Shown: positions 56,718 through 64,000 of the stretch, piece after piece
Numbering within the stretch: the first letter of the stretch is position 1
Layout of the letters: the number at the start of each line of letters is the position of its first letter
Origin: Candidatus Magasanikbacteria bacterium RIFOXYC2_FULL_42_28
Lineage (GTDB): Bacteria > Patescibacteriota > Patescibacteriia > Magasanikbacterales > GWA2-37-8
Assembly: GCA_001784435.1 (NCBI GenBank)
Contig: MFQZ01000001.1
Span: 16,032-80,031 of the forward strand
Length of the DNA: 64,000 nucleotides
Reading direction: 5' to 3'
The notes under the pieces: model-generated
Databases searched by the model: none
Seen by the model: the letters and a program-made list of their open reading frames with translations, nothing else
Told to the model about the DNA's origin: nothing
Translations under genes and position numbers: made by a program

Positions 56718-57614
56718 CTAAGCCAACGATGACAAATACGCCACCAGCGCTTCTTGCCAGGACCGCATTGGCTCGGTTTTGGTATTTAATAACACGGAAT
56801 ACAACGGACGTTTAGCGGCCCGCGGGAATTCACTTGCTAAAACCGGAATCAATTTTGGCTGTTTATTTAAAATTTTAAAAATCTCGCCGGCCCAGCCATA
56901 CCAATTACAGCTGCCGCTATTTACTCCATGATAAATACCATACGGCTTTTTTTGCTCTACTAAAAGACGAGTAAAATATGCCAAATCCAGAGAGTAAGTC
57001 GGGCAACCCTCTTCTTCGTTAACAACTTTGATCTTGCCATCATTTTTCTTTTCTACCATGATGTCCACAAAACTTTTTTTAGCATTGGCGGTTTTATCGC
57101 TCGGACCAAACAAACGCGACGGACGAATAACATAATATTTACCGCCCACGACTGCGACGAATTTTTCTCCTTCCCATTTGGATTGACCATACACGCTAAT
57201 GGGATCGGGCCTATCATTTTCAGCATACCCTTCTATTTTGTCACCCCGAAAAACATAATCCGAGGAATAATTAACAAATATCGCGCCGATTTCTTTGGAC
57301 GCCTTGGCCAATTTACCGGGCGTAAAAGAATTTAATTGAAAACACTTGGCCTTTTCTGCCTCATCGGTCTCGGCCTTATCAACGGCATTATAACCGGTAG
57401 CATTAATTATTATATCCGGTTTTTGCGCGATTACCCGTCGGCCAATTTGCGCGCTCGTAACATCGGCTTCGTTTCTATCCCAGCCGACCACAATATATTC
57501 CGGTAAATTAAACTCGGCCACAAGCGCTTGGCCTAAGGTACCCTGGCACCCTAAAATTAAAACTTTTTTTAGGGGCGTTTCAGCCGGCTTGGACAATTTT
57601 TTGGTATTCATCAT
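56718..57614 (-). CDS. rfbD: dTDP-4-dehydrorhamnose reductase
   Basis: Rossmann KVLILGCQGTLGQAL; RmlD-like length and motifs; adjacent to rfbB. Confidence 0.7.
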   Translation of the reverse strand: MMNTKKLSKPAETPLKKVLILGCQGTLGQALVAEFNLPEYIVVGWDRNEADVTSAQIGRRVIAQKPDIIINATGYNAVDKAETDEAEKAKCFQLNSFTPGKLAKASKEIGAIFVNYSSDYVFRGDKIEGYAENDRPDPISVYGQSKWEGEKFVAVVGGKYYVIRPSRLFGPSDKTANAKKSFVDIMVEKKNDGKIKVVNEEEGCPTYSLDLAYFTRLLVEQKKPYGIYHGVNSGSCNWYGWAGEIFKILNKQPKLIPVLASEFPRAAKRPLYSVLLNTKTEPMRSWQEALVAYLSSLA

Positions 57615-57987
57615 AATCTTCTATATAATCGCTCCGATCCGGACTATAATTGGTAGACGATAACGCAAGCAAAATTGCGTCCGCAGAAAAATCTTTAAAC
57701 CCATGCCAGACATAATTGCCGATATAAACCGCATCACCGGGCGCGAGTAAAATATCTTCTTTGCCCTTGCCCTGATCAATAATCGCCACACAACTTCCGA
57801 TTTGCATCACAAACAATTCTTTTTCAATTTTATGGCAATGCTCACCGGTATTGACCTGGCAATTATTAATATAATACATCCGCTTTACTTCAAAATCAAG
57901 ATAATCTTTCAGTTCAAAAAAGGCGTAATCTGCTTTGGCGTTTTTCAATGTTTTGGCCCCTAATTTTTTAAATACTAAATTCATCAT
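57580..57987 (-). CDS. Cupin-fold sugar 3,4-ketoisomerase/epimerase (WxcM/FdtA-like)
   Basis: 135-aa cupin with His-containing motifs (GEHCH, VWHGF) typical of FdtA/WxcM C-terminal domain. Confidence 0.5.
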   Translation of the reverse strand: MMNLVFKKLGAKTLKNAKADYAFFELKDYLDFEVKRMYYINNCQVNTGEHCHKIEKELFVMQIGSCVAIIDQGKGKEDILLAPGDAVYIGNYVWHGFKDFSADAILLALSSTNYSPDRSDYIEDYDEYQKIVQAG

Positions 57988-59072
57988 ATAATTTCCTCTT
58001 TAAGAATTTGTTGTTTGTGCGCGAGCGCGGCTTTGGCGCGGGTGGGCGCGTGATTAATTTGGTAGGCGTCCTCGTGTTTAGACCATAATTTTTCCACCCA
58101 ATCAGTGTTGGTTAAATACCAATTAATCGTCTGTGACAAACCAACTTCAAATGAATCATACCCATACTCCGGTTTCCAACCCAGCGCCAATAATTTTTTG
58201 GCGTCAATCGCATAACGCAAATCATTGCCCGGACGATCTTCAACAAACTGAATCATATCATCGGGCTTATTCATCAAACGCAAAAGCATTTTGGCAATAT
58301 CCAAATTATTACGCTCGTTATCCACGCCCACATTATAAATTTCACCCGGCACGCCGGTTTGCAACATCAAATCCAAGGCCGCGCAATGGTCAGTAACATA
58401 AATCCAGTCGCGCACATTATTGCCAGCGCCATGAATTAAAATCGGTTTATTTTTTAACAAACGAAAAATAGACGACGGAATTAATTTTTCCGGATATTGA
58501 TAGGGGCCATAATTATTAGAGCAGTGCGTTACCACCACCGGAATTTTGTGCGTGGCAAAAAACGCCCGGCAAAGCAGATCCCCACCGGCCTTGGCCGCGG
58601 CATAAGGCACGTTGGGGGTCATGGGCGTGTCTTCCGTAAATTTGTTGGGGTCGTCTAGAGCCAGCGAACCATAAACCTCGTCCGTGGAAACATTCACAAA
58701 TTTTTGAATCGGGAAATTGCGACAAATATTTAAAAGTGAAAGCACGCCGAAAGTGTTAGTCATCACAAACTCGGACGCGTCGCCAAAAATTGATCGGTCC
58801 ACATGGGTCTCGGCCGCGAAATTGATAATATGATCAATCTGATATTTTTTTACCACTTCGGCCAATAAATCATAGTTGCAGATATTACCTTTGATAAAAG
58901 TATAACGAGTGGATAATTGTAAATTGATTTCAATGGCGCGCAAATTATCTTCGTTGCCGGCATAAGTGAGTTTATCAAAATTCACCACCTCAACGTGCGG
59001 ATATTTCGTCAAAATATAATGAATGAAATTGGAGCCGATAAAGCCGGCGCCGCCAGTTACTAATATTTTCAT
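57984..59072 (-). CDS. rfbB: dTDP-glucose 4,6-dehydratase
   Basis: MKILVTGGAGFIGSNF Rossmann, SDR-extended YxxxK region, RmlB-like length (362 aa). Confidence 0.85.
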   Translation of the reverse strand: MKILVTGGAGFIGSNFIHYILTKYPHVEVVNFDKLTYAGNEDNLRAIEINLQLSTRYTFIKGNICNYDLLAEVVKKYQIDHIINFAAETHVDRSIFGDASEFVMTNTFGVLSLLNICRNFPIQKFVNVSTDEVYGSLALDDPNKFTEDTPMTPNVPYAAAKAGGDLLCRAFFATHKIPVVVTHCSNNYGPYQYPEKLIPSSIFRLLKNKPILIHGAGNNVRDWIYVTDHCAALDLMLQTGVPGEIYNVGVDNERNNLDIAKMLLRLMNKPDDMIQFVEDRPGNDLRYAIDAKKLLALGWKPEYGYDSFEVGLSQTINWYLTNTDWVEKLWSKHEDAYQINHAPTRAKAALAHKQQILKEEII

Positions 59073-59148
59073 AATTGAAATGAGTGAGAGAAATGACTTA
59101 ATTTATTAAGACATTTCCGAGCGAATGAAGATTATATCCTTAGATATA

Positions 59149-60264
59149 CTACCACCAAACAATTAATCTTAAAAAATAATAATATAATTTAAATATCGCG
59201 TTAACAAAAAATTTTAGTGGCGCCGAAATAACCAATTCCGCCGAACCAATTGTGGCCACAACTTGAGCCAACAATTGCCGATCACTCATTTTTCGTGTCC
59301 GTAAATTATTTCGTCGCAGTTCACGCCAAATTTGCCAATTTTTGGAACTAAGCCAATACCTATAAACCCGTAATAATTCCGATAGCCAACCGCCCCCACC
59401 GGCCACAATCATTAGGCCTAAATTATACACTATTTCCAGTGGCCAAGTCAAAATTAGCGTGGGCCATTTATAAAATAGATATTTCAGTGCGTGACGGTTG
59501 CGTTCTAACCAATAAAACTTTTCCAAATTTTTGCTAAAGGTATATTCGTGAAAAAATTCCGCCTGACTGGCCAACACCACTCTAAACCCATTGATTTTCA
59601 AACGAAGTGAATATTCCGTGTCCTCATGATACAAATAAAACTCCTCGTGCCACTTACCAAATTTTTTTAACAAATCAACGCGCAACATCGTCGCGGCGCC
59701 AGAAGCATAGCCAATATCTTTGATTGTCGGCAAAATCACTTTATCAACTCGCTCGCGATAATTCGCGCAATAACCAATTCCTAAATAATGAAAATTATTA
59801 CCAGCGCTATTTATCAAATTTGTTTCCGGATAAAGACGAATTAAACTTTGCACCTGCCCGATATTTTTATCACTCGCAAACGCGCTGGCCATCTCGTTAA
59901 TCGCGTCGGGTGCTAAAAATCCATCGGCATTATGCAAAAAAACATAATCGCAATCATTGTCTATCGCCCATTGCAGGCCGACATTATTTCCGGCCGGAAA
60001 TCCTAAATTTTTTGCTTGCGCTAAAACAACAGTTTCCGGTAGGATGTTTTTATTTTTTAATACTTCACTTTCAATAAAAGATAACTGTGACACCTCGTCC
60101 GGCTTATACGAATTATAAACAACCACCAAACGCAAATTCTCACGCGCGTAATTTTGCTTTACTATCGCCTCCAAAGCCCGCGCCAAAAATTTACTCGGCT
60201 CATCCGACCACACCAGATACACAATCGCCACTTTGGCATTCAAATTTTGGATTTGGTTTGACAT
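59149..60264 (-). CDS. Glycosyltransferase family 2 with C-terminal membrane segment
   Basis: GT2 DxD region (VFLHNADGF), N-terminal codons MSNQIQN lie inside the recurrent repeat motif. Confidence 0.6.
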   Translation of the reverse strand: MSNQIQNLNAKVAIVYLVWSDEPSKFLARALEAIVKQNYARENLRLVVVYNSYKPDEVSQLSFIESEVLKNKNILPETVVLAQAKNLGFPAGNNVGLQWAIDNDCDYVFLHNADGFLAPDAINEMASAFASDKNIGQVQSLIRLYPETNLINSAGNNFHYLGIGYCANYRERVDKVILPTIKDIGYASGAATMLRVDLLKKFGKWHEEFYLYHEDTEYSLRLKINGFRVVLASQAEFFHEYTFSKNLEKFYWLERNRHALKYLFYKWPTLILTWPLEIVYNLGLMIVAGGGGWLSELLRVYRYWLSSKNWQIWRELRRNNLRTRKMSDRQLLAQVVATIGSAELVISAPLKFFVNAIFKLYYYFLRLIVWW

Positions 60265-60288
60265 TGGAAATTTGGATTTTGAAATTAA
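60246..60288. repeat. Solo copy of motif TTTTGGATTTGGTTTGACATTGGAAATTTGGATTTTGAAATTAA overlapping GT2 start codon
   Basis: Shares 30+ nt with the arms of the 31911-32025 foldback. Confidence 0.5.
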
Positions 60289-61106
60289 CGATAGAACTTA
60301 TACTCTCCCCGCCACTTCCAAAAATATTTCAACCAACTGACAAAATGCGTGCGCGCGTATTTATTTTTTATAAGTGCCATAATTACTCCTGGCACCTTGG
60401 CCGAGGCGCGACCATGAACATGACGCAAAACCACCGCGTGAAAATAATACACCGCCCAGCCCTTTTGCCACATCCGCCAACACCAGTCCATATCCTCAAA
60501 ATACATCCAAAACCGATCGTCAAAACCACCCACTTCAGCTAACGCCAATTGGCGCGCGAACATCGCCGAACCCATCACGCAGTCCACCGGCATCGTTTGA
60601 TTGTGTTCAAAATCTTTCATTAAATAATGATCAGCCACTTTTTTGCCCCGCCCCTTTTGCCCCCATTTGGTGCGCGAAAATATTGGTTGTAAAAAAGTGG
60701 GGAAGCGCCAGCAAGAGTGTTGGAGCGAACCGTCCGGATAAATAATTTTAGGCCCAGCCATGCCAATTTTAGGATTTTTTTCCATAAAATCGTACAGCTG
60801 GCGCAAAAAATTTTGACCGACGCTAAATTCCGTGTCCGGATTCAAAACAAAATAATATTTCGCGTCGACGGTCGCGAAGGCGCGATTATGAGATTTACCA
60901 AAACCAAAATTTTTGGCCTGCTTAACAACAGTCAAATTGGAAAATTTTTGCGTTAAATCATCCACTGAATCAGTGGAAGCGTTGTCTACAATTACGGTAG
61001 CAATATTCAAACCGGAATTTTTTGAATCCAAAAACAAAGAGGTCAGGGCTCGCTCAATTTCTGATTTTTCATTCGTATTGACAATGGTAACGCAAATATC
61101 AAACAT
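60285..61106 (-). CDS. Glycosyltransferase family 2
   Basis: TVIVDNASTD...NFGFG GT2 signature. Confidence 0.7.
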   Translation of the reverse strand: MFDICVTIVNTNEKSEIERALTSLFLDSKNSGLNIATVIVDNASTDSVDDLTQKFSNLTVVKQAKNFGFGKSHNRAFATVDAKYYFVLNPDTEFSVGQNFLRQLYDFMEKNPKIGMAGPKIIYPDGSLQHSCWRFPTFLQPIFSRTKWGQKGRGKKVADHYLMKDFEHNQTMPVDCVMGSAMFARQLALAEVGGFDDRFWMYFEDMDWCWRMWQKGWAVYYFHAVVLRHVHGRASAKVPGVIMALIKNKYARTHFVSWLKYFWKWRGEYKFYR

Positions 61107-61107
61107 A

Positions 61108-62202
61108 CTACAAAAACCATCTTCTAATCCCTTGCCAATGCAAATGCCGACTACTCACTACCGCATGGCGCGCTTCTTTGGTATATTTCCAATTACGAAT
61201 AATGTCGCCCCAGCCATTTATTACTACTTTGGGGTTAGTAAATAAAAGATAAATAAATTTCTTAAATTCATACCAAAAAATAAACGGGAAGTCGCGTAAA
61301 ATATTTTCCCAATATTCATTTTTATACAGGGTGCGTAAATGATTTTTGTAAGAATGATATGATACAAAATACGGCTGATTGGTTTTATTTTTTAACGCCG
61401 CATAATCCCCCATTTCTTTTGGCCCGGCGCCAGTGCGATCATGATACGCCACCGCGTCAAGCAACACATACGAAACAAAACCGGCATTGCGCAAACGATA
61501 CGCTAAATCCAAATCTTCTTTATACGAATGATAAGTGGGATCAAATAAATTATTCCCGGGTAAAAGTATCTTGTCAATTAACGACTTGCGAAGCATTGCT
61601 AATGCTCCCGACACGCCAAAAACTTCTAAAATCGGTAAACCATACATCTCCCGCACTGCCTTACTTTCGCTGTCCGTCGCCCACGTTTGACGCGTTTGCC
61701 ATTCCACCGCCCGCCGATTACGAAATAAACGCACGCCAATGGCGTCAATTTGCGAGGTAAAGCCGGTTTGGGCAACCTCAAAATTATTTAGCAAATTACC
61801 ATTAAACGCTAAACGCGCTCGTTCAAAATCCCAACGCATGAGTCGCGGCGCCACCGCGCCGGCATCTTGATGCATGTCCATAAATGCTGTCATCCTTTCT
61901 AAAACATCAGGCATTAAATACATGTCGGCGTTCAAAAGTAAAAAATAGGGCGTCTTCACTTCGGCAAACGCTTGATTATGACCAACAGCAAAACCAAAAT
62001 TTTCTGAATTGCGGATGATGCGATAGGTAATACCGCTGTCTTTTAATCCCAATTCTAATAATTCCACGGTCTGATCGGTAGAAGCATTATCAATAATAAT
62101 CAACTCCCAATCTTTAAAAGTTTGGAGTTTGAGCGACGAGATTATAAATTGAATATAATTTTCGCCGTTGTGTACGACTAAACTAATCGTTAATTTTGGC
62201 AT
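61108..62202 (-). CDS. Glycosyltransferase family 2
   Basis: IIIDNASTD, ENFGFAVGHN, DxD LNADM motifs. Confidence 0.7.
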   Translation of the reverse strand: MPKLTISLVVHNGENYIQFIISSLKLQTFKDWELIIIDNASTDQTVELLELGLKDSGITYRIIRNSENFGFAVGHNQAFAEVKTPYFLLLNADMYLMPDVLERMTAFMDMHQDAGAVAPRLMRWDFERARLAFNGNLLNNFEVAQTGFTSQIDAIGVRLFRNRRAVEWQTRQTWATDSESKAVREMYGLPILEVFGVSGALAMLRKSLIDKILLPGNNLFDPTYHSYKEDLDLAYRLRNAGFVSYVLLDAVAYHDRTGAGPKEMGDYAALKNKTNQPYFVSYHSYKNHLRTLYKNEYWENILRDFPFIFWYEFKKFIYLLFTNPKVVINGWGDIIRNWKYTKEARHAVVSSRHLHWQGIRRWFL

Positions 62203-63055
62203 AGTGTTTATTTAATTTGCTTGCTATCAATACTAATAAAATCCCCAACGGTTTGATAGTTAAAATTACCATCCATTTATACCACGGCTCCCACTTCTGA
62301 AAATATTTTACCATACTGGCCGTAAACCATTTTTGTTTTTGTAAACTTGGTAATTTTTTAAATGATTGACCGACGTAATCAACACAACTAATTATCGGCG
62401 TATAAATCACCTCATATCCCAACCGCTTCGCTTCACGACAAGTATCCACATCTTCAAACCAGATAAAATAGCGGGGGTCAAACGCGAAGCCCAATTTATC
62501 AAATAACTCGCGTCGCATTAACATAAACGACCCGCGCACACTATCTACCGCTTGCTCACTATCATGATTTAAATCATGATATAAATACTTATTTAACAAA
62601 CTTGGGAATAAATGAGACAATTTTAATAAAATAATAATTTGATCAAACAATTTTGGAAAACGACGTGGCGAGGTATCAGGATTAAACTCGCCGGTTTCTT
62701 TCACTAATTTACAACTGGCAATACCCAACCGCGGATGTTTATCGGCCCAAGTAATTAAAGTTTTTAAACTATCGGGCGCGACGCGCATGTCCGGATTTAA
62801 AAATAACAAATAACGCCCACTGGAAATTTTTGCCGCCACGTTATTCGCCCCGCCAAATCCGATATTTTTATTATTTAAAATTATTTTAACTTCGGAAAAT
62901 TTTGATTTAATTTCTGCCACTGAACCATCGCTAGAGCCATTATCAGAAATAATCTGTTCAAAATTTAAACCAACCGCGCCATTTTTCACAGACGCAATTT
63001 GAGCAATAATCCTTTCTTTGTCATTGGTATTCACTGTAATTACCGAGATATCCAT
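62183..63055 (-). CDS. Glycosyltransferase family 2
   Basis: ISDNGSSDGS, NIGFGGANN, DxD NPDM motifs. Confidence 0.7.
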   Translation of the reverse strand: MDISVITVNTNDKERIIAQIASVKNGAVGLNFEQIISDNGSSDGSVAEIKSKFSEVKIILNNKNIGFGGANNVAAKISSGRYLLFLNPDMRVAPDSLKTLITWADKHPRLGIASCKLVKETGEFNPDTSPRRFPKLFDQIIILLKLSHLFPSLLNKYLYHDLNHDSEQAVDSVRGSFMLMRRELFDKLGFAFDPRYFIWFEDVDTCREAKRLGYEVIYTPIISCVDYVGQSFKKLPSLQKQKWFTASMVKYFQKWEPWYKWMVILTIKPLGILLVLIASKLNKHYAKIND

Positions 63056-63113
63056 ACCACAAAAATATACAAAACATCATTGGCTTTGCCGACAAATTAA
63101 CCTAAAAACAAAA

Positions 63114-63392
63114 TCAAACTTTATAAATGCGCGCGCCATCCTTGGTAGCCCGAGATAATAAAATTGCCACCTCGTCGCCCTTACCGCCATTCTCAACATT
63201 GACGTGATTTACCTGTATCGAAGTAACCACATCGGTAAATTCGTCTTCACCGCGCTTCACTTTGATTTTGTCGCCGACCGCGAGCGTGCCGGATAAGCGC
63301 ACGACCGCCACATTTAGGCGATCAAAAAAATGCACAACTTTTCCGACTGCTTGCTCGACTTTAGATTTTCTTTTAAAAAAATCCCAAAACAT
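63114..63392 (-). CDS. Small hypothetical protein (beta-barrel-like)
   Basis: 92-aa ORF; no confident family assignment. Confidence 0.3.
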   Translation of the reverse strand: MFWDFFKRKSKVEQAVGKVVHFFDRLNVAVVRLSGTLAVGDKIKVKRGEDEFTDVVTSIQVNHVNVENGGKGDEVAILLSRATKDGARIYKV

Positions 63393-63414
63393 ATTCGACC
63401 TTTTAATTAATAAA

Positions 63415-63993
63415 CTAATTTTTACTGATATTTACTATCATGCCGGCGGCAGTCAAAGCCGTGAGCAAAGCCGAACCACCATGACTCACAAATGGCAACG
63501 GCACACCGGTCAAAGGTAGCACCCCCACCATCGCCCCAATATTCAAAAATGATTGCCACACGAGCCAGCTGATAATCCCAATGGCCAGTAATTTCCCGAA
63601 ATTATCACGAGCGGACTTGGCAATTTTTAAACCCCGCCAACCGATTGCCACAATAAAAATTACCAAGCCGGCGGCAAAAATGAATCCCAATTCTTCACTC
63701 AAAACAGCATAAATTGAATCCGCGCTCACTTCGGGTAAATACTGAAATTTCTGACGTGATTGCCCCAATCCCAACCCCCAAAAACCGCCCGAGCCAATCG
63801 CCAAAAACGCTTGGTTGATGTGATAGCCGATGCCTTGCGGATCAAGTTCGGGATGTAAAAAAATAGACAGACGTTGCAAACGATAAGGAGCCGCGAAAAC
63901 CAACGAGGTAAAAACCAGCACCCCGAGCGCGCCGAGCACGGCCAAATACTTAACCGGCACTTTAGCGACAAACAACATACAAAACAATATCAC
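63415..63993 (-). CDS. SEDS-family peptidoglycan glycosyltransferase (RodA/FtsW), C-terminal part; 5' end beyond window
   Basis: GIGYHINQAFLAIGSGGFWGLGLGQS ... PFVSHGGSALL motifs of FtsW/RodA. Confidence 0.75.
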   Translation of the reverse strand: MILFCMLFVAKVPVKYLAVLGALGVLVFTSLVFAAPYRLQRLSIFLHPELDPQGIGYHINQAFLAIGSGGFWGLGLGQSRQKFQYLPEVSADSIYAVLSEELGFIFAAGLVIFIVAIGWRGLKIAKSARDNFGKLLAIGIISWLVWQSFLNIGAMVGVLPLTGVPLPFVSHGGSALLTALTAAGMIVNISKN

Positions 63994-64000
63994 TACGAGT

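Noticed and set aside
1-64000. CRISPR arrays, rRNA genes, integrase/transposase genes
   Set aside because: No short regularly spaced direct repeats, no rRNA-like conserved blocks and no tyrosine/serine recombinase or DDE transposase motifs were found by eye. Their absence matters for interpreting the island.

Overview
This 64 kb window is AT-rich and almost all genes run on the minus strand. The most interesting object is a ~14.9 kb accessory island at 40029-54968, next to tRNA-Pro(CGG) and bounded by two ~340-bp inverted repeats. The gene content looks like a reduced-genome bacterium of the CPR/Patescibacteria type. Supporting signs: lysine-rich tails on ribosomal proteins, a truncated AlaRS, an RpoA with no alpha-CTD, two FemAB paralogs and a four-helix-bundle gene; SD-like leaders are not evident upstream of the two start sites examined. 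Conserved core genes are: infA-rpmJ-rpsM-rpsK-rpsD-rpoA-rplQ-rplM-rpsI; alaS; mnmA; murG; the dnaG-rpoD operon; cca; pilT; and corA. There are two tRNA-Pro genes. There is also a eukaryote-like ATP-citrate lyase pair (aclB/aclA), a type II glutamine synthetase, a MacAB-like ABC exporter module, a dTDP-rhamnose pathway with four GT2 glycosyltransferases, and a partial SEDS gene at the window end. The two island repeats differ by about 12% and carry compensatory substitutions that preserve a GC hairpin, so they may be structured RNA or protein-recognition elements. The island carries the following, all on the minus strand: an AbrB-like/HNH pair; a large secreted lipase; a histidine kinase plus receiver; a SET-domain protein; a small multidrug-type transporter; and a tight four-gene block. 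That block is a RadC-JAB::C5-methyltransferase fusion, a putative restriction endonuclease, an 1181-aa protein with no recognisable domain, and a small PD-(D/E)XK-like protein. I flag it as a candidate new defense system. Other unusual structures: (1) a ~2 kb insertion carrying a lytic-transglycosylase/SH3b gene that splits the macromolecular-synthesis operon and is flanked by ~124-bp direct repeats of the dnaG 5' end (one copy degenerate); (2) GC-rich palindromic elements inserted in frame into mnmA, with a related copy in the rpoD-murG spacer; (3) a four-helix-bundle gene flanked by 35-bp inverted repeats lying exactly between two tandem permease paralogs; (4) a perfect AT palindrome ATTTAAATATATATTTAAAT recurring at three intergenic sites; (5) a TTGACATTGGAAATTTG-containing repeat family at three gene-start regions, once as a ~115-bp foldback. 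No CRISPR array, rRNA or integrase was seen.
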